From: Trichoplax adhaerens
Taxonomy: Eukaryota; Animalia; Placozoa
DNA: 64,000 nucleotides
Assembly: GCF_000150275.1 (NCBI RefSeq)
Contig: NW_002060954.1
Location: 868,001-932,000 of the forward strand
Reading direction: 5' to 3'
Position numbers and translations under genes: made by a program. Shown piece after piece: positions 27,502 to 40,999 of the stretch; the stretch's first letter is position 1, and the number at the start of each line of letters is the position of its first letter. The notes under the pieces were generated by a model. It saw nothing but the letters and a program-made list of their open reading frames with translations, ran no database searches and had not been told where the DNA came from.

Positions 27502-30100
27502 ATGGATGGAGATTTTCTAGTTCATGGTGATCCTGAAATATGGAAAACAGCTTACGCGTACGATGTAAGTTTGAGTAAATATTAATAGTAAATAATTTAT
27601 CCATAGCTGTAAGCTATTATCGAAGAGTATACTAGACCAGAAGTAAAGTAGCCTTAACATTTAATATATAATAAATGTGTTAATTGAAATGAAGAGACTA
27701 TCTGTTTTCAGAATTGTCTTGCTGTCGTAATAAATGCTTATGAAAGGTAGATATCTATTCTTGCATCATAAGTTACATCAGACTTTGGTAAATATTAACT
27801 GATATTGTCCTTAGTAGTATTAAATATAAATAAACGTTAATCTTCTCGTAAATGATACAGGGTATGAACCTAATTAATAGCATTACAATGCCAAAGAGCT
27901 TCTGGAGTTGTAATCCTTACCATAGTTTCTGCAGAGATGTTTCCGGAGTAAAAATGATGATGCATTGCAGATGCTTTATTCTCATTAACACTAGAGCTTC
28001 CAATATAGTGATAGAACAATTCAAATAAGAAATTTTCATTCTTCTCGCTATTTTCTAAACTTGATTTAAATTTAATACTCAAAACTAATGCTTGTCATTT
28101 TTATTTCACAGACGCCGGGAGATAATCAATACCTAGTCGATTTTGGGGATGACCTGCTTAAAGGACACGATATTTTTATGCCACCATTGTTCTCAGATTA
28201 CGAAGAATCTAAGTAAAAAACTCTCCATACCACTATTAATTTATCTTAATGTTTTAATAGAATATACAGCAGAAGCTTTCTACCACATAGTCGCTGACGT
28301 GGTATTTCTAGTTATATTTTTTTGGTAATACTATCAGTCAGCTATATAACGAGATTCACCAAGAAAGAACATTTACATTGATACAAAAGCTGGGAATTAA
28401 TCACAAGATGCCTATCATATTTTTTGATCTTCATCAACTGCATACAGCTTGCATTTTTACAAAAATATACGTAGTCAGTTTTAGAGTTAGTAAGCGAACC
28501 TCTTGCTGGCACTAATTAATAATTAACGTTAGCTATTGGTTATCATTTATCAGTGATCTTATGACTGGTTTGGTATCTAATACGAAAGATTCAGTGATTA
28601 CCAGTGATTCCCTAAAAGATGCAGTGCCAGTCGATTTAAAAGGTAATATTTACTCCATTTGAAGCTATACGCACCAAAATTAACCTATGAGTAATATTAA
28701 TTCGCACCTACTATAATGTTTTAAGTTTATGTTTTTATAGTGAACAGTCACTGGAATATTTCCTATAAACTATTTCACTTTTCCAGGGCGTAGTTTTATG
28801 GGGAATATGAATATGTTAGTGGATGCTCTGAAGTTAGTACTGACTAAATTATTTAAGCAATCTAAATATTTATTTAGCATTAGATCTCAATAATCTTAGA
28901 AACCACGAAATTAAGCCCGGAACGACCTCGGTCAGCAAGGATGCCAAAAATGTAACACTAGATTCCAAGACAATCACACTGCAAAATAATCCAGTAGTTT
29001 TTGATAATGCGTTCAAACTGCGTCCAATTATTAACAAAAAGTATGAAGATAAAGAAGAGAATCGGAAAATGGTCAATAGCATCGAGGGTAGTGAAAGAAA
29101 ACTGAAAATTGCTGACTTAGCGTCGTCTCGTAATATTCAATCTCCCATGCCAGAAAGTAGAGATCTAGATAATGCATACATTTCTCATCCTTTAAATGAA
29201 ATCAAGCGCAGTAAGCACGAAAACGAGCAACTCAAAATCGCTAAATCAGACATAGCTACCAAAGCAAAGAGGAAAAAGCCGAAGGTGGAGCAAGTCTCCG
29301 CTCTGATACCGACGAGTAAAAATATCAAGATTAATAATTTGATTGAATCGGATAGTGAAAGTCAAAGAAAGGCCTTTGCAAAACACATATCGATTGGGAA
29401 GGAAAATTGGCCGCCGAAAAAAAATAAGAAAAAAATTGTTAATATGGGCTGTGAAATTAAACAAGCGAAAGGGAAACGATGCAGTGTAGTGCGAACTCCA
29501 AATGATCTCATAAAGTACACAGTGGGGAATTCAGCTATGAATGCTTGCGAGATACATAGCTCGAAAGAAAGTCAGGTTTTAAAATTATTATTAAAATCTG
29601 AAACTAGTATAATCATAACCTCTAGAACCATTAATCATGGAAAAATTAATGACATGTAATTTAGAATTTTTTTATCTCATAGAATAAAATATCTGTAAAT
29701 GTAAATATACGTAAATTAATTACTATCATAGGAAAAAAAACATCATCAAAGGTCAGCGAACAAAAATTCTGGCTCCAATCTTGCATGTGGTTCTGAAGTT
29801 AAAAAGAGCCTACGACGCGAAAGAAATAGAATTCACAGTCGTAACCATCGTATAAAGAAAAAGATGCAGTTTCAAACTTTAGCTGAAGATAATCATAGAC
29901 TGCAAATTTTGCATAAGGCAATGAGAACTCAGTATGAAAAATTCTTAGCTCAGCTAAAAGTCACTACTGAATTATTAATGAAGGAAACCAGAAATAATAA
30001 AAATGTGACTCATCTCAAAACGGCACACGACACAGCTCGAAAATTAAGGACTGAGATTGGAATTCAAATCGAATGTCTCCGTAATCAGTATAACGTTTAG
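27502..30100 (+). CDS. bZIP transcription factor with divergent basic region; firm exons ~28880-29575 and 29732-30100, 5' exons (from ~27502) uncertain
   Basis: Last exon encodes SLRRERNRIHSRNHRIKKKMQFQTLAEDNHRLQILHKAMRTQYEKFL: N-x7-R-x9-L spacing followed by L/L/M/F heptads; phase-0 splice to the long upstream exon. Confidence 0.75.
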
Positions 30101-30435
30101 TAATTTTAAAGAAAGTGGTGCAGTGATTAAATATCTCGATCTGATTTCAATAGCATTATCGTTCCAGATTCAGCTTTAGTTATTACAATAATTACAGCCT
30201 AGTTTTATTGATGTTCCTACTCCTACAACTGCTAGTTATATTGATATGAACGCTATGCACGGCCGTTAGTAAATAATGATACTCCTCAAAAATAACGACT
30301 ATTATTACTATGTACTTAAAATTGTTATACACGTATAAGCTATTTAATTAAAGTCAGTATCGCGTGAAATATGTAGAAATTATACCAGTATTATACGCAG
30401 CTTTTCGTTGCAAAGCGTACAGATAAAGGTATCGA

Positions 30436-30462
30436 ATATATATATATATATATATATATATA
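30436..30462. repeat. (AT)n microsatellite
   Basis: atatatatatatatatatatatatata; shorter AT runs at ~2559, 16135, 32361, 35072 and 45748. Confidence 0.9.
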
Positions 30463-30989
30463 ACATAGGTTGTCATTAATTATTATATCAGTTTTGCAAT
30501 TTGGTGTTTATAAACACGTGATTATAGTATAGCGTAATTCACTTCATGAGTTACTACTACTCCATAAGCAAGTAATAGCATACTTATGGATTGAAATCTA
30601 GATATTTATTGTCTAAAAGAGCAGATGTTCAATGTAGTACTTTTATTCTATGCTGTACCAACTTTGATGCTTTGCCCATAGATATTGCATTGCACCCGTT
30701 GTATGGTATTTTAGAATCAAACTGTCTCGTAATGATACTGGTCTAAGATGATTTAGACTTGTACTTAATGAATTTCGCGCAATAAGATAACCGTAATAGT
30801 AAATAAATGATACAGTGTTGTGATGTGATATGGTTTATGAATCATGAAAATTCCTGAGATCCCCTTAATGTACCACACATTACAATGTAGCCTTAATCTA
30901 ATCTCAGTATCTAGAATTCTGAATTCTCTAAATTAAATTCAAATATAGTAGTAGGAGAGTGCAAATCTTACCTTGTCGGTATTTACTCA

Positions 30990-31465
30990 ATACTACTGTA
31001 CTTACCATGCGGCTGCGGTACGTCGTATCAATGGTTCCTAATTTGGAACACAATACAGTAGTTTGTATAGTATGTGAAGTGAAATGAAAGAGTTGTTTAC
31101 GAAACCGTGTGTTTACTGTGTTGTACTGGATAGTAGGTACGGAACGGAAGTGTACGATAGTGTACGACATACAGTACAATACATGCAAACAATTAAACCA
31201 TTTAGCTGGATCATACAGGCATATTTGCAACGTTATGTGCAACCGTTGTGTTTTTACTCCATTTCCTGATCGGGTAGGATTTATTTTAATTTTTAATTAT
31301 TTTATCATCGATTGATACGCGCATTTCAGATATTTTAAGTCAGGATAATGTGTAGAATATTAAACTTGAGGTTAATCACTAGACTGTACTGCACAGTAGT
31401 GTATGTTGAGCTTGTGCAATGTACTGTACTGTATACTATACACTAAGTATGCAGTACTGTAGATG
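30990..31465. promoter_or_regulatory. Diffuse GTAC array around the Churchill start and in its first intron (densest 31380-31462)
   Basis: actgtactgcacagtagt, tgtactgtactgtatactatacact, cagtactgta. Confidence 0.45.
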
Positions 31466-32862
31466 ATGCACTCTCTAAAATGTTTGCAGGATCTTCGGGT
31501 GTACTTGTTGGCTAGCTACTATTGTAGAATGTCCAAATTGGTACAATTAACAATTTAATTCAGTTAATTCATCGGTGCAGCGTAATTGATAACACATGAG
31601 TGACTGAGCCGTGTATTTTCTACCAGACTTATCTGATGTCTGCAATAAAATTTTGATTTGTTTTTATCTAAATTATTCTAATAACGTCAGAATATCTACA
31701 TGGACAGAAACCAATAAGATTTGTCATATTGTAGAATATACATTATACACGTTACTATAGTATCTATATATATACTGCGCCGGTTTGTAAAAGTAGTGAC
31801 TTTAGGATAAAGTGTACGTATGTACTATACTGTAGTTATAAAAAGAAAGAAATTTCATCCGCCTTACTAAGATAGCAAACTACTGATTAATATACGTATA
31901 CTTATCGTGAAACCAAAGACAATTGATTGTCGTATTAATTACAGGGGAATAGCTGCCTCGACACTGGATCATTCTTTTTAAACTTTAAAGCTTGTAGTAG
32001 TTGTCAGAAAAGGACACTGATTGAAACTTGTAATAAAGAATCGAAAGAGGAAGAAGATCAAACAGAAGTAATCAAGTATCAACGTAAGAGTGCTGTACCT
32101 GAGAAAATTAAGCTGAGCTGAATTAATCATTGACATCATTGAATAATAGTTGATGCATCAAATTAAATCGTAATTATTGCTAGTGAAATTGACTGATTGT
32201 ACGGTAAATGAAAAATCACAATCACATTAGTTATGATTAAGTTAATTATTATAGGCCTGTTAGGTGGAATCTCAGCCGGATGATGAAACCTTGCCAGTTG
32301 CAACTAGTTATAACTGTATTTATACAGTAGTTATTCGCATAGTATTATTTTCTTTGATTAATATATATATGTATATATATCTTTATTAAAAATGTATATT
32401 GTAGATATATGTCCTAATTGCCGACACGTCATTGCCAACCATGAGTACACTTTTCAAGTAGAGGAAGGTTATCAGGTGAAAACTATTAAGTTACTGCAGT
32501 ACATATTTTTGCCTTAGCAACCTTAGCCTACTGTATCGTATATAACTGATATTTCGCTTTAACAGCCAAGTTTAACGTGCTATAATAGTATATATTTAGA
32601 TTGTATTTTGTAATCATGTCATTGTAACATTTTAACTTCATAGCTTTATTAATCTACTATAATTTATTTATTAAAATCTAACATACACATACTTATCATT
32701 CGTGCAAGACTCAGCCTCTGCTGACTGCGACTAAAAGTTACTTTTCATTATATTGTTATCAAGATTTATGGCATGGAATGTTTACTTTGTGGTTGCGGTG
32801 AAGCAACCGTTAGCGTTATGCCTAACGATCCTAGAAAACTTTTAATCAACAATGGGTATTGA
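31235..32862 (+). CDS. CHURC1: Churchill zinc-binding protein; exons 31235-31273, 31945-32083, 32405-32475, 32764-32862
   Basis: MCNRCVFTPFPDR|GNSCLDTGSFFLNFKACSSC...KYQ|HICPNCRHVIANHEYTFQVEEGYQ|IYGMECLLCGCGEATVSVMPNDPRKLL; the Churchill Cys/His pattern is intact. Confidence 0.95.
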
Positions 32863-32982
32863 ATATCTTTCAATGTGATAGATCTTTATTTAAAAATTTA
32901 CTTAAATAATAACGACAAACATAAAAATTTAATAAAAAATTTTGAATAAAAATGATCACTATAATATTTTCTTGTACTGAAA

Positions 32983-35900
32983 TTAATCTTTACTGGTTGT
33001 TTTTATCTTTTTGGCCTCCATTTCAACATTGTCTGTTTCAGTTAGTTCTCTTTTATTCCGAAGTGCATTACTCTCAATACTATAATTATCTTTACTTTTA
33101 GTATCACTGTGTACTATATTTAAATCTGCCTTTCCTTCGTTATCCATATTTGTACTATCTTTGACATTCTCATTGTTTATGACGTCTTTTTTATCACAAT
33201 CAGAATCAATCTTAATTCCACTTAATAAGTAACCGCCAGTACCACTCATCATAGTTAAAGGATGAGTTCGATCCGGCAAAACCTGTTTATGATAAATTTA
33301 AATAAACATGTGTTATGTAATGTAATAAATTATTGTTCCTGATTCTTAGATTACCTGATACTCTCGCAACCATGTTTCTGTTAGCTGAATATTTACTGCT
33401 AGCTGCTGCTCTTGCAAGTAGACGTAACATTCTGCTAGAGGCTACAGAAAAATACGAAACACTAGCTAATTATCGATAAATATATGCCTTTAAACTAGAA
33501 TTATCAAGTCTAGTATATTGAACCAAGAAATGATGTAAATATTACTGGTATGACATTGTTTACGAAAGAACTGAATTTGATAGTGTTGAGTAACAAACCT
33601 CCTTTAAAAAGCAATATATGATAAATGGTCGTGACGGGGCAATATATTTTATCAAGGACTTTAGAATTGGCAAAGGATCGAATTTTGTAGCTATGATTAG
33701 CCTGAAAGAATGTATTTTCAACTTAAATTCACTGTCGTACTCCAAAATATGAAGAGTACGAAGAAATTAACAACGAATTAATATCCATAATTTATAACAT
33801 TCAAATTTTAATTTATTAAGAAAATCTGGTAATTAGGTTAGTAATATGCATAGATCGCGTATAATACCCGTCCAAATCATGAGTTGATAGGTGTTTCTTA
33901 GCTTCTAACTCCATACGAATTCGTTGATTTTTATCAAGCTAATACAAATAAATATACATTTTAACGTATTATGTTAAATCGTACTGTTTAACAGTAATTC
34001 CAGAACAATGCCATTAACTCTATGCTGAACTAATTGATAAACTGTTAATGTGATTCAGGTTATTATGCTACTGTAAATACTGAATAAATTAGGGTATTTT
34101 GTAGGTATAAATCAGATTGAAGAAATTCTTGCAATACAAACCGAAAATTGTTTAGAGTCTGTATCATTAGCAGGATCTGTCGACATTGCTAATTTTTTTT
34201 CTATCGCATCCTGCTTTTCATTATCACTATCAGCTAAAATTGATGTCAATTGTGATTGAAATAGAAAGTGTTGTCCATATTATGTCAGGCGGGTATTTCA
34301 TGTTTCGTGAGTATCTCATGAGTACTGTATGAAAATCTTACCTGGCTTACTTGATAAACCCGTCATATTATCAGATTCTTGGCTGTTAACTTTACGTAGC
34401 GATAGATATAAGATCATATCCATATATGCTTGTGGAAAATTACAATTTGTAATGGAATATCTGCAAAATTATCAAGAATACTCTATCACTTTGACGTTGA
34501 AGCTCATACAGTAAAACGCATGTAGACAACTTTGGAGCTAATCCATAACCGAATCCTAACATTCTTACCCAACTGTCGGAACATCACCGGCATGTACCTG
34601 AATGATAACACCTTCACCTATTAATTAAAGAAATCTTTCGTAAGATACCCATCTCATAGCGTAAAATTGTTTGTATAACTGTGCAATCAACGAATTAATT
34701 CCTTTTTTATTACCTCCCATTCTTTCCATAACAGCAGCCGTTACCAAGCCCTGACATGATTCAGCAATTACTAACTTAGATTTCGCTTTAACGTCTGCCA
34801 TAGTTAGGAGCTGTGCCAATGTATCGTAACGTAAATGACTAAGAAAGGGCAGACACAAGTTAGGGTGAAATTCAATTAAATAAGCAAGACAACAAGTCTT
34901 ATATTGCATTTCTAATTTCAGGATTGTTTAATTCAGACCATATTTTATTGGGGGCATGATTCCAGTAATTACGGCAAATAATTCTTGCTGTTGGCCATCT
35001 AATGATGATACGATGTGAATACCTTTGAAAGTAGTTTTACAAACAAAAATTATCCATCGTTAAATTAGATTTATATATATATACCTATATATATTTAGTG
35101 CGGTAGTTCGCCATGTCAATTTATCAGTTATAAGAGATACGTTTTTCATTAAAATGTTCTAAGAAGTGTTTCACAATAAAGTAATTCATATTTCCAGGCT
35201 AAAAAATTACGAGATACAACTTTACAGCGTTTTAGCTCTTACTTTTTAAGTTTCTTTTTAATGTACTTTACTTTAGAAAATTCAGTTTTTGCATCAAAGG
35301 TAGCACTATTCTTCACTAGCTTCTCAACAAGGTCCTAATAAATTAAAACATTATAATAATACATAGTCAGTTAATAACTGCGATATCATTCCCATCTTAT
35401 TTAAAATTATACTTGTACATTATAGATCATTAGTTGTAAAATACAAATTTGCTAAGATCTCGTAAGCTCCCACTTTATTAAAATATTTTTGGGGAACTTG
35501 TATAAGGTTGCAACTAATAAAATTGTTTAACAATAAACTTAAGTATCACAGCTTACCATTCCTATCACACCACTTTTCTTATAGTCTTCGATTTGGCTAC
35601 GTGATAGCTTTTGTGAGCTTGGATCATCTGCTAATGTGCTATTATCTATACCTTCTATTACAGCTATTACGTATTTCGGAAATTTAATTGTTTAGTTTTA
35701 ACGTATAAAATATGAAACTTCTGTTATTTTTTTTATGTAGATAAACATTGCAGAGAGGGAGCACTGTACAGTTAGTATTTAAGGCCGTAGTACTGTACGC
35801 ATAATAGATCGTAACATTACCACAGGTATAGCAAGCTTGACTTCTTACCGGGTTTGCTAGTGGATGATGAAATTTCTTCGTAATGAAGCTTATAAAGATG

Positions 35901-37282
35901 ATCATTTCGGACATCAAACGTGGTGTTGTAATAACAGCCAACGGCGTTGTCTAAATAAAAATTAAGCCTGTCTATGCACGCCTTCCTGCAATACATTTTA
36001 GAACGGACATTATTTAATATTATCTATCAGCAAATGCACGATAATTTTTAGTTTTTAAGTCACATAGATTATGTAAATTAATATAACTCTTAAATCAGAT
36101 TAGTTAGAGCAAGATCTTGAGTTTGTAGTAGCTATCTAATAGAGCAAATGCTTTTAAACAAACCTGACTACAAATTATAGTGATGTAAAACGAATGATAT
36201 ATGAGTAAGTTTTCCATACAAGAGGATATACGTTTTGTGCACGGATATTGAATGTTTAATTTACATGTTTATTTTTATGTAGGTAACGTAGCCATACATC
36301 ATGCACGTAGATATACCGCACGCGTATGTGCATGATACAGTTTTGTATTATAGTGAAAAGGAATAGTTTTCTTTCGAGTCCAGTTATGACTTCAAGTAGT
36401 AGTACAAATTAAAGTGCATTTCAACTTGCAATTTTGCTACTTGTGTATCTAGTGAGATTGTAAATTATAGATGATACGACAATGGAAAAATCTACTAGAA
36501 AAGGGCCTGAATGGGTTACTTGATAAATAATTACACTATAAATGATTATAATTATATAATCTGTGAATATTCGTACTTGTATATCACGTAGGACGGTTCT
36601 GTATATAACTACAGTTACTGTAGTGCCGCAGTCAACAGGTTAAGAGGTAAAGAGATTGAATAGAAAGATACCAACATTTGCACAGTGCTATCTATATTCT
36701 AACTAAATCGTTCTGTGCTTATATTCACCGTTTATACTAGCTCACAATGCCAATGTACAACCATAAAATGTCCAAGCTTGAGCGAACAACCGTGCACTCA
36801 GGCATGGGCTACTAGAAGCTTTTCTTCTAGTACAGTAGTACATGACTCAGGTCTGAAAGTCTGCTCGGAATAGGCAATACGTATATTAAATGCTAAATGT
36901 TAATCGTAAACCTGAGTAGGATTCATGCAGCAATCAATGATTACTTGCGCTCATAAAGTGTACAGGATATGCAAGTTCCAGAAATGAAGTTTAAGAGCTT
37001 CCTGGCTCTAAGTTACAGTACATAATATTGTACTACATGAGTATCTAGAGATTGCTTATTTACATCGCAGTTACAAGAATACATCATTCCGGCTACACAA
37101 GTAGTTTAATTTCGACACAACTATCGGTACAATAGCTTATGTCCTATGTACGTATATATGTTCATATATGTATAAGTATCTTACATTACCTACCTCCCTT
37201 TTCTTATGGTTATATACTTAAATTTATCTCCCTTTTCTATTATAACTTTATCACCATAGTCGATTTTTCCTTTCGATCGCAT
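32983..37282 (-). CDS. TRMT6: tRNA m1A58 methyltransferase non-catalytic subunit (Gcd10)
   Basis: DNSTLADDPSSQKLSRSQI, LVKNSATFDAKTEFSKVKYIKKKLKK, HLRYDTLAQLLTMADV, ESCQGLVTAAVMERMGG, LTETWLREYQ|VLPDRTHPLTMMSGTGGYLLSG. Confidence 0.95.
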
Positions 37283-37379
37283 TCTTGAATCGTTATTTAT
37301 GTACTTGTACTATAAAAATGACAACAACTTTTCAATCTATTACTGCTTTAAATAGCCTAGAGAGAGGTCTTTAATATCC

Positions 37380-37535
37380 AAATGTACACATGTACACTTG
37401 TTCAGTAGACCTTAAGAGTAGTACTGCACAAGTTCAGTATACGTATCTTACTGTACTGTATGCACTGTACTGTACAAATAGTATACCGTACTGTACTGTA
37501 CTGTTACAAGATCAATGTACACTGTACAGTACCGT
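37380..37535. promoter_or_regulatory. GTAC array upstream of TRMT6
   Basis: tactgtactgtatgcactgtactgtaca, gtactgtactgtactgttaca, tgtacactgtacagtac; 100-250 bp 5' of the ATG at 37282. Confidence 0.6.
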
Positions 37536-38896
37536 TCATGCAGCAAGCTGGAATGGCAATCGCTGTGATGCCTCCAGAAAGATACAGTAAAATTTGAGAA
37601 GAAAATTAGTATGTAGGTAAGTGATACTTTTTGGTGGTAAATCTACAGCTAATACTAAGTGAACCTGCAAGGCACCAGACAAAGTATGGCAATAATTGCA
37701 AGCTTTCTCGGATGCCAGAAGTATGATATTGTACATGAAAGTCTTTACTCACTTTGCTAAAAAGAACATTTACCGTAATTGTAGTACGTTCAGGTGTACT
37801 TGCATACTGAGTAGTACGCGTATATGCCAAATTTTGATGATATCTACATTAATTTATACATGTAATACAGTATTTTATTCGAGCCTACATAGCAATTGAA
37901 CATATACGTATACTGAATAATTAATTAATTAATTTGATTTTGAACTGATTTTAACGACCTTGTACGCGTATTAGCAATCTGTTAAGATATACAGTAATTC
38001 GAATATATAATATTGCCATATATGAGGTAATGCATATGGTTGACGCAAATTTACGGTTATGCATCAAAAAAAGGATGATGGAACCTTTGTTACACGCAAT
38101 GAAGTTTACACAGAAGATATTACTCTTTAAATATCGATAAATTGCATGCATAACTTACGACACTTGCTAAAATCAACTAACCAAAATAAATTGTGTATAC
38201 AGCGTCATATTCTATTGATATTACTTTAATTATTCAAGAGTGACGCAAGAAATATGCAATTGCAATTCTTATACATGTTTCGTATTAACAATTCTCTACT
38301 TGCATTTTATAGTCCCAGTATCCTTAGAAATTTTTATATACGCTCGTATATATACAGTGAATACAATTGAACCGTTACCATAGTAAAGGAAATTAATAAA
38401 ATAGTTGCGGTTGCTGAAGTCTGCGAATATAAGAATAGCAAATATCTCGGCAAGTAATTACTAAATTGACAACAGAATTTAACCGCCAGCAGAGCGAAGG
38501 GTAGTAGATCAGTAATTATAATTGCAGTAAGTATATATACACCAGAGTTAGCATATTCTTATCCAGATCACAGCGGTAGCTGATTAAACTTGACAAATTT
38601 GCAGTATCGAAATGATTAAATTAGATTAATCCAGATCATGAAATCTTCAATAAATGGATTGCTTAAATTTATTTTGGAATCTACATAACAATGCAAACTT
38701 AATAATACACATATTTCTACGGAAGCGTCGTAGCTGAGTCTGTTCGTAATTGTTAGAAACATACAAAAACTGAAGAATTTACATTAAAGTTAATTATTAG
38801 GTTAGATAACAAAGATACTTGGCTTTACAAAAACAATTTTTTTATCATTACATTATCAATTATAAGTAGGCAAAATGACTCAGTAATAGACGATAA

Positions 38897-40809
38897 TTAC
38901 GATACATCACCTGATAAAATTTCACATACTGACAGATTTGCTTTCAATTCAGCAATAACCAATTCTTCATCCTTTACACTCATCATATTTCTAATGTCTA
39001 ACTCTTCTAACAGCCTGAGCAAAAAAGGAAGATAGAAGATATATTCTCACGTTAACTAATATTGTAACGCATACTTTATGACTCAATGATGTCACTATAC
39101 GACGTGCAGTAGCACCTTTACAATTAGAGAGTTTTGGTAAAATTTGTCCTCGATATTACATTTTCTACGTAAGCATTAATGTAATGACTAGAATTTTATC
39201 AATAATCTAATCGTTTACGTCTTACTTTAATTCACGAAGGCTTAAAAGTCCGGCATTCGTGACAGAGCTGCAACCATTTAAATTTAACTTAATCAAAGAT
39301 TCCTGTAGGCTACTGATATGATGCATTCCAATATCGGTTACGTTATGACATGTGCATAGGTTTATCGATTTCAGATATTTAAGAAATGTAACATGTCTTA
39401 ATCCTTCGTCAGTAATAGTAGTTTCATTAAGATCGATATGTTCGAGCATGAAAGAAGCACGAGGACCATCACTCAGGCTATTATAGTCACTAAGCCACTT
39501 TTTATTTGCAAATTTTACAGACCCACCACAGCGTAAAACCCATTCCGCTGCAACTCTTCAAAATCATAGTGAAATTGTTAGAAAATATGGCCGATGGATG
39601 ATAATCAAACCATCCAATATGAATACAACGGTACAATATCATATAGTATTCTGATGGCCTCATGCCCACAGTATCTTGCAGTTAAGGTTAGTCAAGACAG
39701 CACATGCTATGGCATAGTACAGTACGAGTCTACATTCGTATATATACAACGAACGATAATTAAGGAAACACAGAGCGTTCTTCTTAAAATCTGGCGCAAT
39801 AAATACTTCTGAACTTTGTAATACTCACAGATAACAGTTAAAAGTACAGTACATATGCTTATATAACTAGGTTATCAAAGACTTTTGTGTAAGTAATACG
39901 TTTGTAATGCAAGTCAGAATTGTTCTTACCGATCTGGTCCAACGTCTTTTATTCTATTCTCGTCGACTCTAGTTGTACAATATAACAATTTTCAGTTACT
40001 CAATATTCAATATTGGTTACATTTCAGGGTATCATCAGTAAATGCGTATAGTATTCCTAATGCCAGTTTTACCCAAGTATGGTTATACTATTCCCCAAGT
40101 ACCATATTACTGCTTACAGTTACGCCAACCGCCAAATACTGTTTGAAAATACTGAATACTACCGCAAGTGTACTGTACAGTATACAAAGACATACACGAA
40201 GCAATTCAGACTTGCAAATTGATAATAAAGTTAGAGTACCATAATTAAGAAATGTATTTTCATACCTGTTGAAAACGTAATTCAGCCAAGAATAAAACAG
40301 GCGATGAGAAATAGCAGATTGTAATTTGCCAGTCAAATGCTGTCATGTCAGAATTGATATACGCGTAGTTAGAGATACGGCATATGTAGTCATTTCACAG
40401 CAACACCATATACCGTTTGTACGTATTATACACTATTTACTTGATATTCCTATTTCAATTCGAATTGATACCACTATGCCAACATTTATTGTGTGACTTG
40501 AGCGGTAGTAGTAGAATGATGTAAAGTAATAATCGTGAATTTAAATGATTCGTACATGATTCAAATTGCTAATGTGATAATTAGATCATTTTTAGTTAGC
40601 TACGCTTGCCCTAAGTTTAGAAGCAACGAAACTTAAACTGGTATAGTTAGTTATAGCAGTAGTGGAACCGACTTGTTTCATAAAAATAGAACTCATTTCA
40701 TGACTAATACTTGTCATACAGTACATTAGAAGTAGATGTATAAGCGTACCTTGGTGGCTGTATGGCTTCTTGATGCAGATAAAGTAATTAACTTTGGATA
40801 GGCGAACAT
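38897..40809 (-). CDS. DMAC2L: Mitochondrial ATP synthase subunit s / factor B (LRR); may end instead in an extra exon 38680-38616
   Basis: Presequence-like MFAYPKLITLSASRSHTATK|HLTGKLQSAISHRLFYSWLNYVFNR|VDENRIKDVGPDR|VAAEWVLRCGGSVKF...WLSDYNSL; matches ATP5S FWGWLNAVFNKVDYDRIRDVGPDRAASEWLLRCG. Confidence 0.92.
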
Positions 40810-40999
40810 TTTCTCGTAGTGCAGCCCTCGACGTGCATAAGGTAAACCGATTTCTCCCGTACCTTTTTGACGGCTATAGCCACTTTAAACTATAGATTGA
40901 TTTCTCTCGTTGTAGGGCTTAAAAACGGATTGCCTGAGCAAAATTAGCATTTAATAATATTACTATTTATTATTATTATTATCATTGCTAACGATTCTA

